From contig NZ_AP012549.1 in the NCBI RefSeq assembly GCF_000829235.1, positions 2,670,001 through 2,702,000 on the forward strand: a DNA stretch of 32,000 nucleotides, read 5' to 3'. The translations under genes were made by a program, and so were the position numbers. Positions 18,509-28,566 of this stretch are shown piece after piece. Within the stretch, counting starts at the first letter, position 1. Each line of letters opens with the position of its first letter. A model generated the notes under the pieces. It saw only the letters and a list, made by a program, of their open reading frames with translations. It ran no database searches and had not been told where the DNA came from. The DNA comes from a cyanobacterium endosymbiont of Epithemia turgida isolate EtSB Lake Yunoko (GTDB lineage: Bacteria > Cyanobacteriota > Cyanobacteriia > Cyanobacteriales > Microcystaceae).

Positions 18509-19178
18509 CCTGGAGATTATCTGACTTCTCTATTTTTTAAAAAAGATTTAGATAATTTCTAGTTATTCTAAAAATTTTATCTTTTTAAGATTTATTGGAA
18601 AGGTGCAATATACTCTTTATTGTAAATCATTTTTATTCTAAGAGGTAGAATATTTTAATACTTTTTTATTCTTAAAATAATCCCTTTTAAAATTGGGTTT
18701 TAAATTGTATTTTTTAAAAATTTTACCCAATCCGTAAGTTATTAAACTTTTCACTATCTTGTATTCAAGAAAATATTCCTGCTTTTGTTCTCATTTTACA
18801 TGAGATTTTAGGGTCACGAGTAAAAATCAATAATGTTTACTCTTTTTATCTTTATGAAAGACGATCTATGGACTTGTTTCCTCAAATATTTCAGAAAACT
18901 TATCAAAATTTACCTGAACATAAATGCATTTATTGAAATTTTATTACTTGACATAGTTGAAACACAGAGAAAAAATTTGAATAAATAGTCTTAAAACGTA
19001 TAAAACTGGCAATTAATTTTATTTTTCTGAAAAAAGGTAGAAATAATCATTGTTTTTACTTTTTTAGAGCACCTCATCTTTAACTTCAATAATTTTAGAT
19101 CACTTACTGAGTCGTAGAGACACAAATGGCATTGTGGTTTATCATCTATTTATAGTTAATAAAACTTTATTTATTTTT

Positions 19179-20516
19179 ATGACCGTTGCCTTACCCAGAT
19201 TCAGTAAGATCAAAGACACTTTCGTTAATACGCTTTTGTTAGGTAATAAATCTACCCCTGAACTCTGGGGAATTTTAACAGTTTATTTCGTTCAAGGAAT
19301 CTTGGGTTTAGCCCGTTTATCAGTTAGTTTTTTTCTTAAAGATGATTTAGGGCTAAATCCCGCCCAAATGAGCGCATTAACTGGGATTGCTACCTTGCCT
19401 TGGGTAATTAAACCTATTTTTGGGTTCATATCTGACAGCTTGCCTATCTTTGGTTATCGTCGTCGTCCCTATTTAATTCTATCGGGGTTATTAGGGAGCA
19501 TCGTCTGGATAATGCTAGGAACTGTTGTTGATGATCCTTGGTCCGCTACTGTCAGTTTACTATTAATCTCCCTATCTGTTGCCATTAGTGATGTTATTGT
19601 AGATTCTTTAGTAGTAGAAAGGACAAGACAAGAATCTCTAAAAAAAGCAGGTTCTTTGCAATCTTTAACCTGGGGAACTTCTACATTAGGGGGATTAATT
19701 ACTGCTTATCTAAGTGGTTGGTTGTTACAACATTTGAGTAATAAAACAATTTTTGTTATTACTGCTGTCTTTCCCTTAATTGTTGCAATGGTTGCTGGGT
19801 TAATTACTGAAAAATCGGTTAATCAAAATTATGCTAATAAAACAGCTTCTAAAAAGTTTTCAATCAAGCAACACTCACAAGAACTCTGGAAAGCTTTTAA
19901 ACAAAAATCTATATTATTCCCCGTTGTCTTTATTTTTATCTGGCAAGCAACACCTAATGCTGATTCAGCATTCTTTTTCTTTATCACCAATGAATTAGGA
20001 TTTGGACCAGAATTTTTAGGGCTAGTTCGCTTAGTTACCAGTATAGCTGCTCTAGTCGGAATTGTACTCTATCAAAAATTCCTTAAAACCGTTCCCTTTC
20101 GCCGTATTTTAGGTTGGAGTATTGTTATTTCCTCAGGCTTGGGGATGACGATGTTACTGTTAGTAACTCATACCAATCGAGTGATAGGAATTAGTGATCG
20201 CTGGTTTAGTTTAGGAGATAGTTTAATCCTTACAGTCATGGGAGAAATTACTTTTATGCCTATTCTTGTTTTGTCTGCTCGTTTGTGTCCTAGAGGTATT
20301 GAAGCTACTCTCTTTGCTCTACTTATGTCTATTCTGAACTTATCAGGTTTAATATCCCATACATTAGGGGCATTATTAACTCAATGGCTAAGAATAACAC
20401 AAACGAACTTTGATAACCTCTGGATATTAGTTATCATTACCAATCTTTCGACCCTTTTACCGCTTCCTTTTTTAGGTTGGTTGCCAGCTACCGATCCTCA
20501 AGCAGAGAAACTATAA
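19179..20516 (+). CDS. Folate-biopterin transporter (BT1/FBT family, MFS-like)
   Basis: About 12 TM segments. LGLNPAQMSALTGIATLPWVIKPIFGFISDSLPIFGYRRRPYLILSGLLG matches the FBT signature. The ORF track opens at GTG 19134, but ATG 19179 (MTVALPRF) is the more likely start. Confidence 0.82.
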   Translation: MTVALPRFSKIKDTFVNTLLLGNKSTPELWGILTVYFVQGILGLARLSVSFFLKDDLGLNPAQMSALTGIATLPWVIKPIFGFISDSLPIFGYRRRPYLILSGLLGSIVWIMLGTVVDDPWSATVSLLLISLSVAISDVIVDSLVVERTRQESLKKAGSLQSLTWGTSTLGGLITAYLSGWLLQHLSNKTIFVITAVFPLIVAMVAGLITEKSVNQNYANKTASKKFSIKQHSQELWKAFKQKSILFPVVFIFIWQATPNADSAFFFFITNELGFGPEFLGLVRLVTSIAALVGIVLYQKFLKTVPFRRILGWSIVISSGLGMTMLLLVTHTNRVIGISDRWFSLGDSLILTVMGEITFMPILVLSARLCPRGIEATLFALLMSILNLSGLISHTLGALLTQWLRITQTNFDNLWILVIITNLSTLLPLPFLGWLPATDPQAEKL

Positions 20517-22105
20517 ATTAATATTTAACCTCCTAATAGATATCTCAGGATATTACGATTTATAATTTTCTACTAGAGACTAAATGATTCCTGATATTAC
20601 CAAATTTTCCTGCTAAGTATACTCAAAAATAATTTCTAATCAAATTAGATAGCTATAACTCATTTATCAATTTAAATAAGCTATAGAAATACTTGTTTTC
20701 TAAATAATTAGAAGCAAAGTTATCGATTTTAATCTAATAAATAGGACTCTTATATTGATGAGATTAAAAGACAAATTATGTCTTAATCGCGAGGAACTCT
20801 CTTTTGTAAAGGTACTAAACTATTAAATGTACTTGTGACAAAGATGGAGTTATTTGTGTTGTCCATTTTGCTTAATACACGGACTTATTTTTATAACTGC
20901 TTTGTTTATAGTGAAAGCTATTTTCACAAAAGAAAGATTACACAAGAATAATTGACAAGTATTTAAAATGTTAAAAACAAGGGAATGCTTGAATAATATT
21001 TTTAATATAAAAATAGAAAATATTGCTACTATCTACGTAGTTTATTTCCATACTTTATCCACTAAAATATTAGAAACCTTCTGTTTCAATTGTATAAATA
21101 TAATTTGATAAGATGAGGAATCAATTACTGCCAATCCTTAGGTTTATATTTATTGTAAATTAGATAATAATCAATATTGTTTAGTAAAATTTTTTATTGA
21201 ACTAGGACTATCGAGTAAAATTATAGTTTATGAATTTAGTCCCCAGAGATAGTTACTACTCTATCATTTCCGTAGTGTTATATAGATTTGTTTTGAATAC
21301 TTCTCATGACTTTTAAACTTAAAAGATATATCTATACTTTATTCAATCTGTTATTGTAATTTACCGCTAGATCTAAGTTAAGTAGAGCAGTTTATCATTA
21401 ATTTAGAAGACGATACAGTCCAACCTCAGATAGTGAAAAATCGATGTTATAAATTCCCAACTTTGACATACCAACAAGGTAGGAGAGAATTATCGTTGTT
21501 TATAATATTGGTGTTACACACAATACGACGGTCAATAATCCTCTACAAGTAATCCTAAAATTAGATCGACGTAGATAACTCTAAATTAGACTAAAAAAAA
21601 ATAAATTATTTCGTATCTGTACATTTAATTAATTGTAGTTAAATTTACACGAATGGTTATTTAATTAATTTGACAGTAATCTACATATTCATTAATTGAA
21701 GATCTCTGTGACACAGGGAAAAGGAACTGAAAGCTTGATTCCATTATTCTTGGAAACTGTTTATAAAATAAATTATTAGAGAAATGTTTTCATATTACGC
21801 TACGCCAATACACAACAAAAATATTGTGGTGTACTGAGGTAAACCAGAAAAGGAGAAACCACTTAAAAAATTGTAGTTTTCCCAATTTACTCTCCCCCAA
21901 GTTTCGTTTGGTAACAGTTTCTTAGCTTTTAAGTCGCTCCACTGAAACTTATTCAATTATTCATACAATTAATTTGTATGTACAGTTAAGACAAACTTTT
22001 AATTAAGTTCTGTCCCTGGTATTGGGAGATTCAATTTAAATTTTACCCATATATTTGCTAATTGTTTCTCTCCATTATTCTATCCAAATTAATAATGGGG
22101 ATAAG

Positions 22106-22882
22106 TTACATCCCCATTATTTCATAACCAGCATCTACATAGAGTACTTGTCCTGTAATGCCACTGGCGAGATCACTACATAAGAAAGCTGCTGCATTAC
22201 CTACTTCTAGCTGGGTGACGGTTCGCTTAAGGGGAGCAACTTTTTCCACGTGGTGAATCATATCGAGAATACCTCCTACTGCCGATGAAGCTAAGGTACG
22301 AATAGGACCTGCAGAAATGGCGTTAATGCGAATGTTATTAGAGCCCAATTCAGATGCCAAATAGCGCACACTCATTTCTAAACCTGCTTTAGCCACTCCC
22401 ATTAAATTGTAATTAGGAATCACCTTGACCCCACCTACATAGGTGAGGGTAACAATGCTTCCTCCATCGATCATTAAGGGCTTAGCATATTTAGCCATGT
22501 TGGCTAAAGAAAAAGTACTAATTTCTAAAGATTTGGAAAAGGCTTCACGGGACACCCCACTAAAATCTCCTGTTAATCCTTCTTTATCTGCAAAGGCCAA
22601 ACAATGGATAAGAATATCGAGTTTATCCCAAGTATCCGCCACGGCTTGAAAAGTTGCCTTGACTTGAGATTCATTTTGAACATCACAGGCGGCAAAAATC
22701 GCCGGATTTATGGGTTTTACGACATCTCGAACTTTTTTTTCAAAACGACCCTTTTCGTCGGGTAAAAAGGTAACACCAAGATTTGCCCCGGCTTTATGGA
22801 TTTGTTGGGCAATACCCCAAGCAATAGAGCGACTATTAGCAATTCCTGTTACTAGTGCGTTTTTTCCGGTGAGATCTAACAT
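22106..22882 (-). CDS. fabI: Enoyl-[acyl-carrier-protein] reductase (NADH)
   Basis: Motifs: GKNALVTGIANSRSIAWGIAQ, the catalytic region NYNLMGVAKAGLE and SAGPIRTLA. The ORF track starts at 22897; ATG 22882 (MLDLTGKN) is the likely start. Confidence 0.92.
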   Translation of the reverse strand: MLDLTGKNALVTGIANSRSIAWGIAQQIHKAGANLGVTFLPDEKGRFEKKVRDVVKPINPAIFAACDVQNESQVKATFQAVADTWDKLDILIHCLAFADKEGLTGDFSGVSREAFSKSLEISTFSLANMAKYAKPLMIDGGSIVTLTYVGGVKVIPNYNLMGVAKAGLEMSVRYLASELGSNNIRINAISAGPIRTLASSAVGGILDMIHHVEKVAPLKRTVTQLEVGNAAAFLCSDLASGITGQVLYVDAGYEIMGM

Positions 22883-23113
22883 AATTATTATCAACAATTG
22901 TGCAATTTTTAGCGAATGAAGTCTCCCACTGTTTAAGATGGGTAAGTATAATCTTCACAGAACTGGGAACTTCTCATCCCAATACAAACATTGTGAAGCA
23001 AAACGTAGCAAAAACCTCTGAAGATAGATTAAAGTATTGTGTCTATACTGAAGTTAACAATCACCTATCTGTTTAATAGAGTCTATACTTACCGCCCTTA
23101 ATATCAAAGTGTG

Positions 23114-23791
23114 ATGGAAGCATCCTTGTCTCAAGATAAACCTCTAGCAACCGTTTTTCGCCGTATTGGTGGCAGTGCATATCCCCCTTTCGTTGAAGCT
23201 TTTGAACGGGGTAAAACAATTTTTTTTCCAGGTGATCCAGCCGAAAGAGTCTACTTTTTATTGAAAGGAGCAGTCAAACTTTCCCGTGTTTATGAAGCTG
23301 GGGAAGAAATTACTGTAGCTTTGTTACGCGAGAATAGTGTATTTGGGGTTTTGTCCCTAATTACAGGGCAACGCTCAGATCGCTTTTATCATGCAGTTGC
23401 CTTTACTCGTGTAGAATTATTATCTGCTCCAATCGAGCAAGTGGAGCAAGCTCTCAAAAGAGAGCCTGAGCTATCTATTTTGATGCTTCAAGGGTTATCT
23501 TCACGGATTTTACAAACAGAAATGATGATCGAAACCTTGGCACACCGTGATATGGGTTCACGTCTTGTCAGTTTTTTGTTGATTTTATGTAGGGATTTTG
23601 GAATTCCTACTTCTGAGGGAATTCGTATTGATTTAAAGTTATCCCATCAGGCGATCGCTGAAGCTATTGGTTCAACCCGTGTTACTGTTACTCGTCTTTT
23701 GGGAGATTTACGTCAAGAAGAGATGATTTCTATCTATAAGAAAAAAATTACTGTTCATAACCCTGTCGCCCTCAGTCAACAATTTACCTAA
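23114..23791 (+). CDS. ntcA: Global nitrogen regulator NtcA (CRP/FNR family)
   Basis: [38 protein letters not shown] (cNMP-like domain) and the C-terminal [33 protein letters not shown] match NtcA as I recall it. The ORF opens at GTG 23111 and the ATG is at 23114. It contains one HIP1 site (23651-23658). Confidence 0.92.
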   Translation: MEASLSQDKPLATVFRRIGGSAYPPFVEAFERGKTIFFPGDPAERVYFLLKGAVKLSRVYEAGEEITVALLRENSVFGVLSLITGQRSDRFYHAVAFTRVELLSAPIEQVEQALKREPELSILMLQGLSSRILQTEMMIETLAHRDMGSRLVSFLLILCRDFGIPTSEGIRIDLKLSHQAIAEAIGSTRVTVTRLLGDLRQEEMISIYKKKITVHNPVALSQQFT

Positions 23792-23816
23792 CCCATTCAA
23801 TCATCCTTGATCACCA

Positions 23817-25277
23817 ATGACCAGTGCTTATATCTTAATTGCAGCGATTCTCATCCTCGGAGGCTTAATCGCTGCCTTGGGCGATCGCTTAGGCACTAAA
23901 GTAGGTAAAGCTCGACTCCGTTTATGGAATCTCCGTCCGAAGGATACGGCTATTGTCGTAACAGTATTAACCGGAACCCTTATTGCCGGCTCTACTCTAG
24001 GTATTTTATTTACTTTTAGTAAGTCATTGCGTGAAGGGCTATTTCGTCTCGATGAAATCCTCGAACAGTTACGAACTGCTCAGTCCGATTTGCAAAAAGT
24101 TTCTCGAGAGAAACAAGACGTAGCTCAAGAATTGCAAACTGCTCAAGAATTACAAAATCTTGCCCAACGACGTCTTAAGTCCATCAACGAGAATTTCGAA
24201 GATGCTAAAGCTCAACTGAAATCGGTTTCCGATCAAGCGACAAAATTAAAAAAAGATATTCAAACCCTTCTTAAGGAGCGCAAAGAACTTTTAGAGAGTA
24301 AAACTAGGCTTGATAAACAAATTACCCAACTTCATGAACAAGTTCGCGCTAGAGATGAAGAACTCAAAAAAGGTCAAGAAAAAATTGCAGTTCAAAATAG
24401 GATTCTTCAACAAAGACAAACTCATTTGCAAGAACTTGAAACTCGTTTACAATCTCTTGAAAACCAGCAAAATCAATTACAAACTGAAATAGAACAACGA
24501 GATAGTAGAATTGCCGAACTTGACAAAGCGATTAATCAAAAAGATTTTGCCTTAAAAAATAGAGAATCCCAACTAAATAAGTTAGAATCTCATCTTAAAA
24601 CAGCAGTTCAAGTTTTAGAGCAATACTATCAAATATATCAAGAATTACGGGAACGCCAAATTGCTATTGTTCGAGGCCAAGTGTTAGCTCTAGGAGCCGT
24701 TCGAATTGTCTCTCCCAATGCAGTTCTTCAAGTGGTGGATGAACTTCTCAGACGTGCTAATGAATCAGCTATTGAGGCAGTTGGCAGTAATGATGTCAAA
24801 CCATCAGAACGGGTGGTAAAAATCACTAAAGCTCAAGTACAACAATTAACTCAACAACTCAAAGAAGATCAAAATTTTGTGGTAAGAATTATTTCGGCTG
24901 GCAATTATGTCGAAGGAGAAAAAGAGGTGAGAGTTTTTGCTGATATTGTAGTTAATCAAAAGATTTTTAGTCAAGAAGAAACGATTGCTAGGGTTTCTAT
25001 TGATACCTCGGATATTACTGAAGAAAATATTCAACAACGTATTGATATCCTATTAGCAGCAACCCAATTTCGTGCTCGTCGTGCTGGCGTAGTAGGTAAT
25101 ATTCAGGTTGAAGATGGACGGTTAAAAACTATTGTTAATTTCATTGAAGAAATCAGTACTAGGGAGGAAGGACTAGATGAAATTAAAGCGATTGCGGCTG
25201 AAGAAACCTATACTATTGGACCTCTTAAAATTCGCTTAATTGGAACTAAAGACGGTGAGATTCTTTTAGGTACTTGA
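23817..25277 (+). CDS. Membrane-anchored coiled-coil protein, function unknown (DUF3084-like, assigned from memory)
   Basis: 486 aa. Two N-terminal TM helices are followed by about 200 residues of heptad-rich Q/E/K/L coiled coil and a globular C-terminal domain. It contains one HIP1 site (23881-23888). Confidence 0.65.
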   Translation: MTSAYILIAAILILGGLIAALGDRLGTKVGKARLRLWNLRPKDTAIVVTVLTGTLIAGSTLGILFTFSKSLREGLFRLDEILEQLRTAQSDLQKVSREKQDVAQELQTAQELQNLAQRRLKSINENFEDAKAQLKSVSDQATKLKKDIQTLLKERKELLESKTRLDKQITQLHEQVRARDEELKKGQEKIAVQNRILQQRQTHLQELETRLQSLENQQNQLQTEIEQRDSRIAELDKAINQKDFALKNRESQLNKLESHLKTAVQVLEQYYQIYQELRERQIAIVRGQVLALGAVRIVSPNAVLQVVDELLRRANESAIEAVGSNDVKPSERVVKITKAQVQQLTQQLKEDQNFVVRIISAGNYVEGEKEVRVFADIVVNQKIFSQEETIARVSIDTSDITEENIQQRIDILLAATQFRARRAGVVGNIQVEDGRLKTIVNFIEEISTREEGLDEIKAIAAEETYTIGPLKIRLIGTKDGEILLGT

Positions 25278-25331
25278 ATAGTTAATGGTTAATGGTTACT
25301 ATTTGATAGTTAATATTTGAAGAAACCTAAG

Positions 25332-25733
25332 ATGATTATTGGATTTGACCCTGGACGAGATAAATGTGGTATTGCAGTAAGGGATGATCAAGGACAATTC
25401 CCTTATCATCAAGTAGTTAATTCCGAAGATGTGATCACTACTTTACAATCTCTTTGCAAACAGTTCCCAATTACCTTATTGGTGATGGGTAATCAAACAA
25501 CATCTAAACAGTGGAAAAAAAAATTAGAAAGTGAACTTTCTTTTGCTGTTTTTATTCAAATGGTCGATGAACGTAATAGTAGTTTAGAAGCTCGTGATCG
25601 CTATTGGGAAATGTATCCACTTCAAGGGCTCACTCGGGTAATTCCTCTCGGCATGAGGTTTCCTTCCCGTCCTATTGATGATATTGTGGCTATTGTGTTG
25701 ATTGAAAGATATTTGAAGAAATATAACCAATAA
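25332..25733 (+). CDS. YqgF/RuvX-like RNase H-fold nuclease (putative pre-16S rRNA nuclease / Holliday-junction-resolvase-like)
   Basis: IGFDPGRDKCGIAV (N-terminal acidic motif), VDERNSSLEARDRY and IDDIVAIVLIERYL fit the YqgF pattern (G-D-G..riG-A, DER-T-A, D..AA-IL..yL). The ORF track opens at TTG 25317. Confidence 0.6.
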   Translation: MIIGFDPGRDKCGIAVRDDQGQFPYHQVVNSEDVITTLQSLCKQFPITLLVMGNQTTSKQWKKKLESELSFAVFIQMVDERNSSLEARDRYWEMYPLQGLTRVIPLGMRFPSRPIDDIVAIVLIERYLKKYNQ

Positions 25734-26318
25734 AAATTGAACTATTAAAAATTTTTTAAAACTATAATACTGTAGGGTAAATAAACACACTAATTATCTT
25801 TAGTAGTCATATACGGTAAAATACTTACTCTCTCTACAAAACAGTAATAATCGTAACTATTTTTATAGTTAGTCTCTAATTTTTAGATTAATTAATCCTA
25901 GGTTTAGTTGTCAATAAATCTTCTTAATAAGAGGTAAATATTATATAGATAATGCATAGAAAATATCAGTTATCTAATCGGCAAAATCAAGGATATGGCA
26001 TCTACTCTATAAAATATCTTCGAGGGTAAATTTTTGAAATAGTGCGCTCGCTATAGCAACAAACTATCTATAATTATAGCCAGAAAATTTTTAAATAAAT
26101 AATTAACTGGGAAAAGAAAATATTTAAAATCTAAAGCATAATAATTTAAAATAAAGAAAAGGTAGAGAAAATTATTAATTAATAGACTAGATTAATTTTT
26201 AAATAATTTTTAAAATACCCTAAAAACTAAAATTAAGATCAATCTATATTTAGATTATTATCCTTATCAATTAACTAAATTTTATCTATCTATTTTAGGA
26301 AATTATCTTATTAAATCA

Positions 26319-26546
26319 CGAGATAATGACAGTCGACTCCGCGACAGCATCAAAGTCATTATGAAGGAATTGCTTTAGTGCGTCAGTCAATTGTATTATG
26401 CCTATATCCGACAAATGTCACCTAGCTATCGGCATAAGATGCTGAACACAATCAATTATCTAAAGGCAGTGGACTAAACGGTCGACTTCAGCATATTTGT
26501 ATCCCAGATCGCAGAGGTCGGGATTATTTTCGATTGTGACAAGTAG
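26319..26546. pseudogene. GC-richer island in an AT-rich spacer, probably a gene relic; strand and identity unresolved
   Basis: Over 76 codons there are only 2 internal stops in one plus frame (RDNDSRLRDSIKVIMKELL*CVSQLYYAYIRQMSPSYRHKMLNTINYLKAVD*TVDFSIFVSQIAEVGIIFDCDK). The codon-registered minus frame is equally open (IENNPDLCDLGYKYAEVDRLVHCL*IIDCVQHLMPIAR*HLSDIGIIQLTDALKQFLHNDFDAVAESTVIIS). The surrounding DNA is dense with stops. Confidence 0.3.
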
Positions 26547-26772
26547 GTCTTATTTTATGGACATTAAAACTTAACTTTTGGTATATAACTATCTATTTTA
26601 TTTTGTTGCTCAAAGTTCTATATAGCTTAATCAACTTAAGTCCGATTGAGTTTGGATAAATTGGCTAAAATAATAGTTATAAAGAACCCTTATCCTTGAA
26701 TGACTTTCACCCAAAATACATCAATACTATATTTTTTAATATAGAGTGTTATAACTTTAGATTATAACTTTC

Positions 26773-28545
26773 TCATTCGCTAATTTCTTTAACTGAGATA
26801 TTTTCAATATTCCAAAATGCTCCTCCTAATGGGGAATATTCAATTCCTTCAAAGCGATTTCTAACAGCTTCTAATGAATAAGGGTTAACTAAATAGATAA
26901 ATGGAACATATTGCGAGACTAATTTCTGTGCTTTGCTATAGATTTCTTTACGGGTTTCTCGCTCTAATGTTTGTGCCCCTGCCAAATATAATTGTTCAAT
27001 TTCTTTTTCCCAGTCTGCAACAACCCGTCCAGTAATAAGTTTTTGTCCTACCTGAGGTTTTTGATTAAACATATGTAAGTTGCCATCAGTATACCAAATA
27101 TTAGGGGCGTGAGGTTCATTCCCACCAGTAAATCCAATGATATGAGCCTCCCAATCCAAGGAATTACTTAACTTATCAATCAATACATTAAACGCTAAAG
27201 GACTAAAATTAACTTTCATCCCCAGTTTTTTTAAATCCTCTTTAACTTGCGCTCCTATTGCTTCTCGAATTTTATTTCCTGCATTGGTAATTAAACTAAA
27301 CTGAACTCGATTTCCTTTTTTATCAAAAAGTTCCTCTTTTTCATTCAAACAAAAGCCTTCTTGTTGAAGCAATTCTTTGGCTTTATCAAGATTAAAATCA
27401 TAGCCTTTAATAGATTTGTCATAATAAGGAGATTGGACAGAAATTTGAGTATTTTGAGATGCACCTAACCCACGATAAATATTATTAATTATACGGGGAC
27501 GATCAATAGCATAAGCAATTGCTCTTCTGAAATTTAAATTGTTAAACCACTCTGATTTGATGGGGTTGATTAAAGGTTTACCTTCTCTTTTTCCTTTATT
27601 TAGATTAAATGAAATAAATGTAGTTCCGTAAGCAGAACCTCCATTATAAATGGTAAAGTTACCTCGATTTTCTTCCCGTTTTAATAAGGGGAAATATTCG
27701 GGAGCGATCCCAATAGAATCTAAACTTCCTGAGCGAAATTGCAATAAAGATGTGTCGGTGGATTCTACAATTGCAAAAACGACTTTATCAATCTTAGGAA
27801 GTTGATTTCCTTGTTTATCTTTTTTCCAATAAAAAGGATTTCTTTCAAAGATAACTCGTTGACTTGTTATATAGTTTTTTAGTTTATAAGGTCCATTCAC
27901 AATAATTTTTTCAGGAAGTGTATCAGTTCCCCAAGTTGAGAGGAAAGCTAGATTACCATCACTTCCTCTCTGAGTTAATGTTTTTTGTAGAATATGAGCT
28001 GGCAAAATTGGAATACTTGCATTATCTAAAAAAGGTGCAAATGGTTCATTTATTTTAAATTCAATACGCCGGTTATCAAGTTTTCTAATCTTAGGAAATG
28101 TTCCTTCCAATCCTATCCGAAAACTATCTCGATAATTATTAGGTATTTCTTTATTAAGATATAAGTCATTATAAGTAAAAACTACATCATCAGCTGTTAG
28201 TGGTTCACCATCTGACCATTTCAAACCTTCTCTTAAGGTAAAAATAATTCGTAATTTATCATCGGAAATATTCCAAACCTCTGCTAAAGCAGGTTCTTTA
28301 ATCCCAGTTATAGGATTTTCTGAAATTAGTCCTTCATAAGTATATTGAAATATGCTTGGAGAAGAACTATTAAGCACAGCATTAAAAGTTTTAGGATCAC
28401 TAATCCAAGCAAAAACTGCTTGATTAGTATTGTCTGTTGTGATACAACTCGTTAGAGGTAAAAAACATAAAAAAGTGAGAATAAAGGTTAGACCTCGTTT
28501 ATACATAAAGGTAGCTAAGTTTTGCAATCCCATAAAGTTATTCAT
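26773..28545 (-). CDS. ABC transporter substrate-binding lipoprotein, family 5 (OppA/DppA/NikA type)
   Basis: 590 aa with the lipobox LTSC at residues 31-34. Length and blocks (LKWSDGEPLTADDVVFTY, FERNPFYWKKD, NFRRAIAYAIDR) are typical of SBP family 5. No cognate permease or ATPase genes are adjacent. Confidence 0.85.
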   Translation of the reverse strand: MNNFMGLQNLATFMYKRGLTFILTFLCFLPLTSCITTDNTNQAVFAWISDPKTFNAVLNSSSPSIFQYTYEGLISENPITGIKEPALAEVWNISDDKLRIIFTLREGLKWSDGEPLTADDVVFTYNDLYLNKEIPNNYRDSFRIGLEGTFPKIRKLDNRRIEFKINEPFAPFLDNASIPILPAHILQKTLTQRGSDGNLAFLSTWGTDTLPEKIIVNGPYKLKNYITSQRVIFERNPFYWKKDKQGNQLPKIDKVVFAIVESTDTSLLQFRSGSLDSIGIAPEYFPLLKREENRGNFTIYNGGSAYGTTFISFNLNKGKREGKPLINPIKSEWFNNLNFRRAIAYAIDRPRIINNIYRGLGASQNTQISVQSPYYDKSIKGYDFNLDKAKELLQQEGFCLNEKEELFDKKGNRVQFSLITNAGNKIREAIGAQVKEDLKKLGMKVNFSPLAFNVLIDKLSNSLDWEAHIIGFTGGNEPHAPNIWYTDGNLHMFNQKPQVGQKLITGRVVADWEKEIEQLYLAGAQTLERETRKEIYSKAQKLVSQYVPFIYLVNPYSLEAVRNRFEGIEYSPLGGAFWNIENISVKEISE

Positions 28546-28566
28546 CTGACCATTTTCCCCTACTTA

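Noticed and set aside
22066-22092. AU-rich 8-bp hairpin (ccattatt / aataatgg) just downstream of fabI as a terminator
   Set aside because: The stem is short and nearly all A/T with an 11-nt loop and no T-run. It cannot be distinguished from the background of small A/T inverted repeats.
22898-23110. Search for an NtcA box (GTA-N8-TAC) and promoter upstream of ntcA; the direct 9-mer gtctatact occurs at 23041 and 23081
   Set aside because: No site has canonical spacing. The best candidates are GTA-N9-TAC (23034-23048) and GAG-N8-TAC (23079-23092). The latter is only 5 nt from the best -10-like hexamer (taatat, 23098-23103), which is the wrong geometry. A 9-mer repeated once within 200 nt is not clearly beyond chance.
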